Shown here: piece by piece, positions 1-12,400 of the stretch | Numbering within the stretch: the first letter of the stretch is position 1 | Layout of the letters: every line of letters begins with the position of its first letter | Assembly: GCA_002633005.1 (NCBI GenBank) | Contig: NMRA01000018.1 | Coordinates: 180,291-244,290, forward strand | Length of the DNA: 64,000 nucleotides | Origin: Phoronis australis | Taxonomy: Eukaryota; Animalia; Phoronida | Reading direction: 5' to 3' | The notes under the pieces: model-generated | Seen by the model: the letters and a program-made list of their open reading frames with translations, nothing else | Databases searched by the model: none | What the model was told of the DNA's origin: nothing | Made by a program: the position numbers and the translations under genes

Positions 1-3000
1 CATGTTGAGGACACTACTAGAATCAGACGAAATTTTTGACTGGCGATGTTTTTCATATCAGGGGACAACTGGGGACCATCTGATGCGAAGTTTTGCATTA
101 GGTTGTGCAGCCTGTGGTTGGATCTCAGTGACATTTCCGTTATTGGTTGTTTAGTCATGTTTTATGGTATGAAAAAATAGTTATTTGACAGTCATTTTTA
201 TGACATCAAAAGCATACACTAACAGCAAGGCCTCCCCGTCCCCCCCCCCCCCCCCCCCNTTCACAGTACATTTTTCCAGTAACATTTTGTGATAAAACCT
301 GATTTTGCAACATGTGGCCAATCCAACAGCAGAAAGAGGACTTGACAGCAGAAAGAGGCTTGAGTAGCACAGAGTGTCACAGTGCATATTTGTATGTAGA
401 GGAATGCATATTAAGTACGCAGGAAAATGTGTATGTTTTACACGTGAACACAACTGTAAAAGTACGCTGTTAGTGAGGAGTTACTCCAGTTCAGCGAGAG
501 TGGTGACCAAAGAAACCGTGACCTTGACAGCCAATTTGGAAGCCACATTCCACCTTCAAACCACTATTTTCAAGACCATAGGAAGATAATGATTATTTCA
601 TTATGGAGGCATAAATAATTTGACAACTGTGCCTGTGATTCACCACAGTTATGAGTCTGGCAACTTCCCTCTGATGGCCATTTACAAATTGTTTTTAAAA
701 AGACAAATAATAGCCTGGCCATGCCATCTTAACTGCAGTCTATAATACGAGTAACAGATCCTTTCAATGGTGAAAATATCATTAAGCGTTATACAGTTGG
801 CAACTTCCGATTTCTGAAGTCTAATTTGAAACTTGCTTTCTGTTGTATTAAATGATGAATTACTAAGCCGACAAGATCAGACAATATAGTACGAGTTTGT
901 CGAGACAATTTTACACCATGAATGATAGATTTATTCAGTAATCATGCACGTTATATGAAATTGGGAATATCAGACAAATTGCAGGGCAGAACTTCCTGCC
1001 CATTATTTTGATATAATTCAAAAACGGTTCGTCGGACAGACTTCAATCGTGCGCAAATTAATGCGAAACGATTTGTGATAGAAGTGTCCAACATTCAGTT
1101 TACCGTTCCATCAAAACTGGACAAGCAATCATTAGGTTCAAAATAATTATCATTAACCAGATTACTCTCACACAATCTGCACAGTTTGAATGTGACAACT
1201 CTCCCTCGAGATGACAATTATACACCCAACTTAACAGGCCAGAATGGGTAATTAAACGCATAGGAAAGACAAAATTAACAAATGCCCACGGGATCACTCC
1301 ACTGAGATTGATTCCCAGTATAGAACAAGAGAGAAGAAATTGTTATTTTTCTGTAATTACCGTCCTTGTCGTATTAAAAGAGCATTCACAACACATACTA
1401 CAATGCTATGTTCAGGCACATTGAGATTATCTAAACAAGCATTGACCTATGTGACATGACCAATGAGCGATAACCTCAGGTCATGCAGGAGATCTAAACG
1501 CTCCCTAGAACCACATATGGAGTAAGAAGAGAAAAGATACATCCACTCTGAAATACACCCACCCTATCCTACACCAAAACTTCCTTCTTTGAAACACTCT
1601 TGGGTTGCCAACTAATTAAAATCATCACTTGATACGAAATGACCAGTCTCGGCTCGCAATGGCAACTGAAGTTAATACAGCCGCACTAAACAATTCATTG
1701 GGTTACAGAGTCTAGAACATAAACATTCTTAACCATAAAAAACAAAACACCTGAATTAGTTTTTCAAACATTTATTTCGTCAAACAACTCATTAATTGCT
1801 CTCTGAACTCAGAACTTTACAGCTAATACGCACATAGTTCTACTGCTATCACGGGACCACTGTGCCATAAATTTAATCCTTACGGTGTAACATCTGCAAC
1901 ACGATTGCACGCGCGCACTTCACCACGTGAGAATAGTGGAGCACTGTATGGTCATTTGTCGACTGCACACTACAGTCACCGGAATCAGCTCTAACAAGAC
2001 TGCGGGACGGCACGGTACTGTTACTCCGCACTTCTGTAAATTTATTCGTGTAGTACAATCTAAGGGTAACAGACCCTTGTTGGGAAAATCCGCTGTTATG
2101 ACATTTTTACCGCCATTTGGCAACACACTGAAAAATCTTATCACTATTTTATCCTCTGTCGCTAAAAATAGCAATCTGGAAAACGACTTTTCGAGCTCTA
2201 TGCTAGCGTAGTAAAGCAAATAACGGATTCCGATCACCTGAATAGAATTGGCACTTATTAATTTGTGTTCTTTTATTATAAGAATGACTTTCCATTTCAC
2301 CGATCCAGAAAGCTTGCACGAATTAATTTTTCCAACGCAAATATCTGTACGAATTATTTTTCTCTCAGACGCATACTGTACAAACTATTGGAGACAAATG
2401 CCATGTTTCAAGGGCTCTGTACAAACTAATAGAGTGAACAAACTAATAGAGAAAACACCGTAGTTAACAGTCAAGACAAAATTTGAAAGGTGCAAGAAAA
2501 AATTACATGAGAAACTCCAATGGCACGAAAATGAGGCAGATGAATGTTGCAGCATTGTGAGTAAATACGGCATGATTCAAGAGTCTCTCAGTAATCCATG
2601 ACCATCCTATAACATTGAATTGCATTCAGAGAGATCCTCATTGTCTACTTACTACCCAACATTTCACACAAACTTCTTTCTTGATCAATATTTTTTCGTT
2701 GTGTATTTGGTCAACTCATTTCACAAAGAAAGGCTTATTGGTAAGCTTGACCACTGCAGTAGTCATCTGATTAAAACTCTGCTCCTTTTTATTGGTCAAT
2801 ATCAAAAAGTACAACCGTTAGATAAACACGTATTGACTGGAAAGCATTACATCTAGATATGACAATGCATACTAAATCAACCTTATGATACCCTACATTA
2901 ATTACAACATATAGACGCAAAACACAATAACACCTAAATACTTTCTTTCAACACCTATACACAACATAACCCATTATTCAATAGTATAGAAAACTGTCCC

Positions 3001-3630
3001 AACAACCACTCATTGAGATACAAACTGAGATTTGACAAATTGGCCATAGCAGAGCTATTAACTGTAGCAGAGATCAGACTGTTAGTAGGTAATTCAGGAT
3101 AACTACCCACTGCTTGACACAGTTTAAATTTCTGCATGACATTCATAACACAACTAAAGAACAAATGGTTCAGTTTGCTCAAGGCCAGGAGAGTAATTTG
3201 GAGAGACATTTAAAAAACTGTGCCTGAACTCTGCTACAAAAACAAGCTACTCCCAGGCTGGACTACAATATCTAAAGGACAGATGACTTTACAATAGTAC
3301 TAAATACACAAGTATGGAAATCTCATGATCTTCTTTGTTAAAGAAACTTTGTTAGAAATGTTAGGAAATCCAACTCGGAAAATGGGAATCTCATGATCAT
3401 CTTTGTAAAAGAAAATTTGTGTTAGATATCAGTAAATCCAACTCATAAAATGCCATCAATTTTTAAGGCTATATTAAATGTCTGTCCCTCGGTATTGTAG
3501 TCAAGCCCTCTCTGGATATTTACACTTGAATAAAATAAATAAAACAAGAGCAACGCTGAGCGTTGAAATGCGCCCAAGAATGCACTGCAAACGGCATGCT
3601 TCTAAGAGTTGTTTATTTGTATCATAAAAA

Positions 3631-5460
3631 TGGCCATTAGATGGAGCAAAACCTCCAGTCCTTCTGCAAATGGAACATGCCATCGTTTCTTCAATAGAAA
3701 GCTAGTTACTAAATTTCAAAAAAATCTGACAAAAAAATTCTGAGAAACAAAAGAAAACAGAAAGAAATGAAACTGCCACTAGGGGGCACAGTGTCTGCCT
3801 GAAAGTTTTCATCTATTGTTAGCTTCTTATAAAAACATAAATTTAATAAAGATCCTGCAGTGGGTTTAGGAGATACAGCTACGGACGCAAAACAAAACAA
3901 AACTACCACCAGGAGGCGCCACACTAGTCTACGTCGTCATCCTCGACTGTCATCTTCACACTGAGAACACATACGCCAATTTTTAAAATCATCCTTAGAA
4001 TGGTTTGATTGATAAACGGGTGGATGCCAAAAAACAGATTGGAAAAGAGTAAAAATGGCCATTAGGTGGCGCAAAATACCTTGAATCCATCTGAAAATGG
4101 TAGGATAGCGTCACTTCTCTAATAGATGCCTATATTCCAAATTCTATGAAACTCCACTGAGGACCTTTGAATACACAGAGATAAACTTAAAAAACTAAAA
4201 TTGCCACTAGGAGGCACACTGGTGAAAAAATCATCGTCATCCATTGTCAACATCATATAAATGCACTTGCTAAATTTAGTAAAGATAGTGCAAACAGTTT
4301 AGGAGATACAGCCATGGGCGCAAAAAACAAAACTGCCACTAGGAGGCGCCACTGTAATCAAAGGCATCGGAAAATCGTCAGCCATCCTCTTCATAGTAAG
4401 AACATGCATGCTAATTTCCCAATCATCCTTACAGCGGTTTGGTTGATAGAGGGGCGGACTCCAAAAAGCAGACTCGAAAACAGTAAAAATGGCCACTAGG
4501 TGGCGCAAAACACCTCAAATCCATCCAAAAACGGGATGGTAGCGTCATCTAACTAATAGACGCCTATATCCCAAATTTTATGAAAATGTGTTGACCTTTA
4601 AAGATAAAGAGATAAACGTGAAAAACTAAAATTGCCACTAGAGGGAGCACCAGCAGTCCCATCCCTACGAAAATTGTTTGTTGTCATCATTATATAAATA
4701 CACTTGCTAAATTTAATAAAGATCTTGCAAACAGTTCAGGAGATACAGCCATGGGTGAAAAAAACATAAATTCCACTAGGAGACGCCACAGTAGTCGAAG
4801 CGGTCGGAAAATCATCATCAGCCATACTTTTCATAGTAAGAAAATACATGACTTCCTAAAACCGCTCTGAGGTGGTGGTGTATTACAACTATTATTAAAA
4901 TCTCTTGGTCTATTTACACCGACCTCTAGTCTATAATCACACCGTGAGTGTACCACGTATCTGTGCTCGTTCTTCTAAGAACGTGGGAACACCTGACGAC
5001 GGCCGGAGAAGAGACCGCGTTCTTAGAAGAACGAGCACGGATACGTGGTACACTCATGGTGTGATTATAGACTAGAGGTCGGTTTAAATAGACCAAGAGA
5101 TTTTAATGATAGTTGTAAGAACATACATCCCAATTTTCACAAGCATCCTTAGAACGGTTTGGTTAATGGAGGGGTGGACGTCACACTCGAACACAGTAAA
5201 AATGGCCACTACGTGGCGCAAACTATGTTGAATCGATGCGAAAACGAGAGGATAGTGTCATCTCACTAATAGATGCCAATAGTCCAAATTTTGTGAAAAT
5301 ATGTTGTCAACCTCCGAAGCTACAGAGGTGAGCGTAAAAAAATAAAATTGCCACTAGGGGACACACCCGTAATTGGAGAGGTCCGAAATTTGTCGTCATC
5401 TGTTGTCAGCTTGATAGGAACACATCTGCCAAATCTCATCAAGATCCTGTCAGGGGTTTA
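3631..5460 (+). repeat. Higher-order tandem repeat (~430-bp trimer of ~130-157-bp subunits), one CTCF-like motif per subunit
   Basis: Motifs start at 3631, 3773, 3903, 4056, 4201, 4333, 4490, 4632, 4771, 5203 and 5348. Trimer periods are 425, 434 and 434 bp (the last after removing a 279-bp insert). Confidence 0.85.
4850..5118. mobile_element. Palindromic insertion (~100-bp near-perfect arms) nested in the array
   Basis: Arms ~4883-4985 and ~5016-5118 are reverse complements. Flanked by a 14-bp near-direct repeat, gtaagaaaatacat (4836) and gtaagaacatacat (5115). Confidence 0.7.
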
Positions 5461-6421
5461 GGAGATATAGCTGCGGACGCCGGACGCCCAGACAGAGATG
5501 ACGGCAATACGCACCCACATATAAATATGTGGGCGCATAAAAATGATTACACTATGTTTGACGATCATACCAGCAGGTGAGTGTTTTTTAATTTTTATCT
5601 TCACTTACATGTCTGGAGAATAAGGCGCGCTTTTGCATCTTTCTACCAACTTATTTTATTATATACCTCGTAATTTCCAAGTCAACTAGCGGCAACAACA
5701 CTGACTGCTAAAAATGCCACTCAGTTTCGGCAAATGCATTTAAAATCTCATTACCGCGTAATACTGTTTGGCTAGAATAGAAAAACACTTCATTTATCCT
5801 GTACATTTCGCAACCTTTACGACAATAATTAATCTCGATTACCCTGAATATTTCTGATCACACACACTGCCAAGAATTTTACTCCTAGCACTACCTCAAA
5901 ATGCCAATATGGTTTATTACATATCCAGCTTTAAGCCATAGGTAATGTAAAGAGAGCTAATTAAGAGGTTGTAAGTGTGTAAAAGAGATTACTGAGATCA
6001 CCACATATACCGCTACACACAACATGGCCTCCATCAGCTACCAATAAACTGATAATATAATAATTGTCCACTTGTTTCACACAAAAATAATTGAGAAAAT
6101 GACTATTTCTTCATTTTTCAACGCTGATTATCGTTTCACAAATAATGGGAAATTTCTAGTTTTATGAGATCTACACACTTTAAGCCAGGTTTGTAATTGG
6201 CTAAAATGTCCTTAATCTTTATTTTTACAGAGAAATTCAACAAAATAGCATTTGAGTTGAAGGCTAAATAAGTGAAGAATACCTACCCTACTGCACCACC
6301 AGAAACCTTTCCCACAAACATAATTTACCAATAGTACAACCTTTATAAAAAATGAAGATGTAAGTACTCAAAATGATTGCTACAGACTTTTATAATGTTT
6401 TAAAAGTTCATGCAAATGTGA

Positions 6422-6695
6422 AATTTGTTAAATGCACAACACTTTTCATTGTTCACAGTCTTTATTCCGTTACGTTCGTACTTTCGGAACAAAACTCTAC
6501 TCTCAACTGAACATAGATACAGTAACTGACAAGTATGTTTCGAAATATCGTGTGTCTTTTAATTATGTCGCTAGGTCAGTTACTGTATCTATGTTCAGTT
6601 GAGAGTAGAGTTTTGTTCCGAAAGTACGAACATAACGGAATAAAGACTGTGAACAATGAAAAGTGTTGTGCAACCGAAAACTTGCTCCCGAAGTA
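6422..6695. repeat. Interspersed repeat with a ~100-bp inverted duplication
   Basis: 6422-6530 is the reverse complement of ~6574-6672. 6530-6695 matches the dispersed copy at 46923-47105. Confidence 0.8.
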
Positions 6696-7351
6696 CAGCC
6701 AGCAAATGTCAAAAAATAAAAACAACAATTTTTATTCAGTTAATGAAACTATAAATGTTTCGGGTAACAATTGTGAACCATCACTCCACCATAAAACATT
6801 CAATATCACTGAATGAATCGCCGACACTGGCCTCTTCAATATTCCATATTTACAGTACAACTTGATTTATATACAAATCAGGAATAAGTCCATAACGGAA
6901 ACCAAGGATTTCCAACTGCTTGTAACAGTAACCCAATTCACAGGCATGCGAAAAATCAAGACTTGATGAGATATCTCCATGTATTACAAGCAAAGCACAG
7001 GATCTCACTATCTTCCTGCAAGATTCCCCTGCTGTCTACAGAACTCAGTCCTGGTTTAGTCTTACTGACAGACACTTCTGCACAAATCCATTAAACATGA
7101 TGCCACATGTTAAAACAATTCAATTTTCTATTTAGGACTTCAGGATGTTTATCATACCCTAATGCCTCAGTGTGGGTTTTTGTCAGTTCTTATCCAGAAG
7201 GCAAAATTGGCTGAAAACACAATTTTCATCACCACTTGAAAAATTCTCGTGGTCATAAAATAAGGTTGTGTTACAGCAATACTAAATATCACAATAAATG
7301 AAAGCTTAAACGCCATAAAGTACAGTCTAATATTGTGAAATACCCATTTCA

Positions 7352-8742
7352 TAACAACAATAACCTGTTTTAAACCATTCTTGAACTTCGTTGAAATTCT
7401 TAGCACTTTTGTGTCTTGAATTATGCCTACCGGTATTCTGTTGTACTGTTGTATGTTTATGCAAAACAGCAGCGTTCACACCAGGATTAAACTTGAGCGT
7501 GGTGGAAATGATGGAACGCTGTCAATCACAATGTTCACCTAAGTCCTAAAGGGGAGACTTTCTGTGTTCTGTGATTGGTTGAAGTCTTTGTGAATAATTA
7601 GAACATGGTTAGGTAACAACTTCCATACAAATGGTATTCAGCCTGCAGTGAGCAGTGCAGACTGAATAATAAGACAATGGTAATACAACATCTCATTTAC
7701 ACCTGTTAATTAAGGACAAATGACTTGACAGTCAATCAACAATTAGAACACAGTGGTTCAACATTTGAATGCAGTGAGCCACCATTCTCAAAAAGCTTGA
7801 TGAAAACAGTGAAACACAAAAGATGGAAAACTACACAAGTACTGAAAGCATACACAGCTTAAGACATCAAACACCGTTATGTATTTCATTTGGGAGTTGA
7901 GTAAACAAATCTGATTTAACAATGAGCAAATCTTTTGCTGCAAACAATCATTCTATTTGAAATCCTTCCATGACACCATATCCTGTCCCAAGGTTAATTT
8001 TTGCTTTACCGGAGAGAATNTATTTATTCTTGGTCGAAAATGGCGGGCCGTCCGAAAATCACGCGACTTTACCGTAACAACAATAACCTGTTTTAAACCA
8101 TTCTTGAATTTCGTTGAAATTCTTAGCACTTTTGTGTCTTGAATTATGCCTACCGGTATTCTGTTATACTGTTGTATGTTTATGCAAAACAGCAGCGTTC
8201 ACACCAGGATTAAACTTGAGCGTGGTGGAAATGATGGAACGCTGTCAATCACAATGTTCACCTAAGTTCTAAAGGGGAAACTTTCTGTGTTCTGTGATTG
8301 GTTGAAGTCTTTGTGAATAATTAGAACATGATTAGGTAACAACTTCCATACAAATGGTATTCAGTCTGCAGTGAGCAGTGCAGACTGAATAATAAGACAA
8401 TGGTAATACAACATCTCATTTACACCTGTTAATTAAGGACAAATGACTTGACAGTCAATCAACAATTAGAACACAGTGGTTCAACATTTGAATGCAGTGA
8501 GCCACCATTCTCAAAAAGCTTGATGAAAACAGTGAAACACAAAAGATGGAAAACTACGCAAGTACTGAAAGCATACACAGCTTAAGACATCAAACACCGT
8601 TATGTATTTCATTTGGGAGTTGAGTAAACAAATCTGATTTAACAATGAGCAAATCTTTTGCTGCAAACAATCATTCTATTTGAAATCCTTCCATGACACC
8701 ATATCCTGTCCCAAGGTTAATTTTTGCTTTACCGGAGAGAAT
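7352..8742 (+). repeat. Tandem ~668-bp duplicate (7352-8019 / 8075-8742), likely two haplotypes joined at the N at 8020
   Basis: Near-identical copies with scattered SNPs; single-N contig join. Confidence 0.85.
8021..8076. mobile_element. Terminal fragment of a TA-targeting DNA transposon/MITE
   Basis: Ends gtccgaaaatcacgcgactttaccg|TA, identical to 27617-27643. Confidence 0.7.
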
Positions 8743-8781
8743 GTAAGCCTACCTGGAGAACCGAAGCGCCTTACAGGAACA

Positions 8782-9079
8782 TACGGTAAAATTTCTCCAA
8801 TTTGGGACAGTTAAAAATTAATGATCTTGCTCAGGGTCGGAGCTTGTCCCAAATTTTAGAAACAGGTAATATTGGCCGTCCCAAATTCAAGAATCACCAG
8901 AAAGATGTCAAAGTTACACAGTCTGTAGACTGAAAACACATTGACCGAAATTTAAGAAATATGATGAACGCTAAAATCACCATTGACCCAAATTCTAGAA
9001 CGAAGCAAATACAATTTTTGCAGGACTTTCCGTGTCCCAAATTCAAGAGACTATACCAAATTGAAGAATTCTTACCGTA
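8782..9079. mobile_element. MITE with TA-flanked TIRs (Tc1/mariner/pogo-type)
   Basis: tacggtaaaatttctccaatttgg ... ccaaattgaagaattcttaccgta; internal gtcccaaatt repeats; related copy at 50984-51151. Confidence 0.7.
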
Positions 9080-9143
9080 GTTCCTCACTGACTAACTATG
9101 TCCCCAAGGGGTCACAGAAAAGGAAACAACAGATATGACATAC

Positions 9144-9284
9144 CTTGAAGTAAGAGATTTGCGCTATGATGACGCCAGCGCCAAACAATAAGAGCATAAT
9201 CAGCAGCATCACCATAAGGAAATGCTTGAGTCGAACACAGTACTGCTGATATAACTTCTCAATCTCCATCTTGGCAAAAGTTTT
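9144..9284 (-). CDS. Internal coding exon of a transmembrane adenylyl cyclase (ADCY family): pre-TM1 motif and TM1
   Basis: Strong acceptor (tttttttctgtttttcag|) and donor (AAG|gtatgt). 141 bp, phase 0-0, open frame KTFAKMEIEKLYQQYCVRLKHFLMVMLLIMLLLFGAGVIIAQISYFK. This resembles the F..x.LE.LYQ.Y..RL motif plus first TM helix of membrane adenylyl cyclases. Not in the ORF track; the paralog cannot be assigned. Confidence 0.85.
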
Positions 9285-9377
9285 CTGAAAAACAGAAAAA
9301 AAAACAACTTATACAGCCTCAATAAAAGTAGTGCAGTTAGTAGTTTTTGAAAAATGTCCACGAACCAAGTCAAAAAA

Positions 9378-9455
9378 GAGGAGGCAGTGTGGCCTAGTGT
9401 GATGGTAACCGCCTTCTTTGCTCCAGGTCGTCGGTTCAAGTCCCACTGGGCAACA
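9378..9455 (+). mobile_element. tRNA-derived SINE head
   Basis: A box TGGCCTAGTG and B box GGTTCAAGTCC at tRNA-like spacing; no intact cloverleaf. Confidence 0.55.
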
Positions 9456-12400
9456 GTCAGGTTTCTGGCTCCTCAGCTCGGTGTTAACTTTACATTAATA
9501 AAGCACAAAAATATTTCCAGGTGATCATTGCAATGGGCCCACATGCGCGGCCTGTGCACGTCTGGTACAACGTGTACCAGACCGCCTGCAATTATTTTTT
9601 TAAAAAGTCAAAATTTGTCCAGTCCTGTTTAAGTTAAGATGAAAATCATCAAGGAAATTGGAAGAAACACAATTCTGAATAATTAAAGGATTACCTAAAA
9701 AGTTGTTACAAAGACATACCACTTTTTACGAAATGTTTGAAAAAGTACTGTGTTAATTCTGAAATTGGTGTTGATGTCTGCAGTCTAGATACCAACAGCT
9801 CATGCCAAAATAGCACATGGTCCACTCTGATTCTGTTGTTAGCCACTATCAGGCCCAGCCGGTGCTCTAGTTACACTAAACACTATATTAAGGCAAAAAA
9901 TTTTAACATTACATTCTTTTATTGCAAGAAATGTTTCAGCATGGCATGGCAAGCTACACTGTGTACACTAAAAAATTTGGCAGGCTGGGTAGTGCAGGAT
10001 ATATCATTCTTTATCATCTGGCCAAAGTACAGAGACCAAAAACTATAGTGCTGTGTATGCATAGCAAAGCAAACCATTAGGCATGCCATTGCCCAACAGA
10101 GGGTTTCTGCTGTTCGCGGGACTGGGCAGTTCAAGAGATTGCTGTACATGAACAAAAAGAATTTCCATAGCACTTGCATCTGACTTTTATTTCTGTAATA
10201 CTCTGCTGCTATTAACAAGGGGACAAACGGGCTCATTTAGGTAATGCATCAGGGACATTTACGAAAAAAACTTGCAGGATTACCGCAAGACCGCGTCATG
10301 GCGTGATCCCTGCGAGTCTCATGAATGTTAACTGTAACACAAAATTGGTCAACGAAATTATGTCATAAAGAACCCACAGATTAACTGTAAAAGTGTTTAA
10401 AACTATTTCAGTTTTGTGATGTTGTAACCTGCCTACAACGGCGCTGACACACTGGACCAAAAACAAGATTTATCTCCACCATTTCCCCATGAATGACATG
10501 GCAGATAGTTCATAAATGTCTGATACGTCAGAAGAACCAGACAGTGCCTGAGAGAATATTTGATGAATAGGCGTAATATCTGGATGAAACAACCCCGTTG
10601 TCCGATGATTCCAAAAACGAAGATAAAGATGAAGAAGACAGATCCGATCGATGACGTTCAGATGATATTTCAACTGATCGGTTATCAAAGAACACTGCGC
10701 AATACTCAACCACTACTAGATGACAAATCACTGGTCTGGCTGCTAGTAGATCATGTGGTGAATTAGCCAAACATTTTAGAAATTTGATATTTATACTTAG
10801 ATCAGTGTTAAGTAATCACTCTAATGAAATCTGAAACTTATAAAGAGTCATTGACATCAAAATGACACGAATGACCGGACAATTAGTTCCCTAATTTCAG
10901 GTTCAGTTAACCCACCGTGAATAAGCTGAGCCCAACAAAATGGTAGCTGCTTAAGAAAAAAGCTGGTCTGCAAAAGTAGGGAGTACACTCACAAACAGCT
11001 ATTTAAAACTGGATCAAAATCTCTGATTACAGTTCCTTACAGTAAAAATAATTTTGCAATAAGAAATAAATTACAAAAATAAATTAAAATTGGTACCACA
11101 CAATTAAAGCTTTCTGGATATATCTGAACAGCTTTTGGATGAGTCTTAAGTATGTCTATTAGCCATTCATTGACAAAAATTAGTTGACGCAACTAAAGTA
11201 TTAAGATGAATGAACATTTAAAAAAGATTTAACACAATATTCAGCCATGAAATCCTTCCTTCATACTTACAAGCGAGCCGAGCACTAAATGCAAATTACA
11301 CTTTTCACAAGGCTGGAGCAGACACAGCTGAGGACAACTTATTTTTCAAGACAGTTAAGGTAAAATTTTAAATCTTAAACTCATTTATTACAAAAGAATG
11401 ACACCTTTAATTGTCCTGAGGACATTAGCCATCGCATAAACATTCAATTCTTTAAGACACCACACCTATAACAAATGAGTGAATACAAGATGGTGATTGA
11501 GAAAACCTGACAATCATCATTAACCAATTTTGTAAGGATATGAGTTGTTATAAAATCTAGGGCACCTGATAAACTTCTGTCAATGGTGAACTGTCAACTG
11601 AGTTGAACTTTTTATTGAAAACAAAACATAATGCAAAATTATCACAACAAAACATTATCTGTATAAATATACCTTTTTCAGTGAGGCGTGGAATGTATTG
11701 CAAGCGGGATAAACTGCCTGCAAAACATTATGTGCCGCTGCTTAAATTCATTTGGACTCTTCTATGTTACATGCCATCTGCAGGACTATGTTTCAATTCA
11801 GCCATAAAAATATCCAACGCAATTTGGTCCAACCTGAAACAGGCTGGGGCACATTCGATCATCTGGTGGCCCATTTCCAACTACCAGGTCAAGTCAGGGT
11901 AGCACGTGAGTTGAGCAATCTGGTACAATACTTACGAGATTGAAGATCACTTCAATGGGTAATAATAAGCGTAGCAAATTACATTATTTCACAAAATGCA
12001 AGTATCCTACAATACAACCATTTCATAACGTACAAGAAAACCTCATGACTGGTATCAACACACAAAACTGTGTTCAAACCTGAATGGCATGATTTTGGGC
12101 ATTATTCAGGTTATCTAATGCTGGTATTTATATTATGTTGTCTATGTTTTATAAGTATGAAAACCTTCAGTTCTTAAAAGGACTTCAATCATTAATTTAA
12201 TTAGTTGGCCTTTCAGAAACTCATGTAAATTTCACAACTTTGTAGGCAATGCTTGAGTTCACGTGCATGTAACGGAAAACCTAATTCAATGACGCCCAGT
12301 TTTATAGACTTGTAGCAGGCACATACTAAAATAGGTATCAGACTGTTACTACTTCCATGATAAAATAAAACTGGGTTGAATCTTCTTAAAATGAATAACA

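Larger units (their letters stand above)
3541..5543 (-). mobile_element. Non-autonomous Helentron/HINE (DINE-1-like) element with internal tandem array
   Basis: Minus-strand 5' end TTTTTATGCGCCCACATAT..ATATGTGGGTGCG (subTIR plus hairpin), followed by GTCCGGCGTCCG. 3' end GGGCGCATTT (inverted subTIR), stem-loop CAACGCTCAGCGTTG, then CTCTTGTTTT. T-rich flanks, no TSD. Confidence 0.8.

Noticed and set aside
3631-5460. Array as CRISPR-like repeat-spacer locus
   Set aside because: The spacers are homologous to each other with trimer periodicity and are >100 bp; no cas genes.
9378-9455. Functional tRNA gene (also 32183-32255)
   Set aside because: A and B boxes are present, but there is no acceptor or anticodon stem pairing; treated as SINE heads.
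10490-10770. Acidic coding-like stretch on the plus strand (…DDSKNEDKDEEDRSD)
   Set aside because: Multiple stops and no recognisable domain or splice context; possibly a decayed TE fragment.
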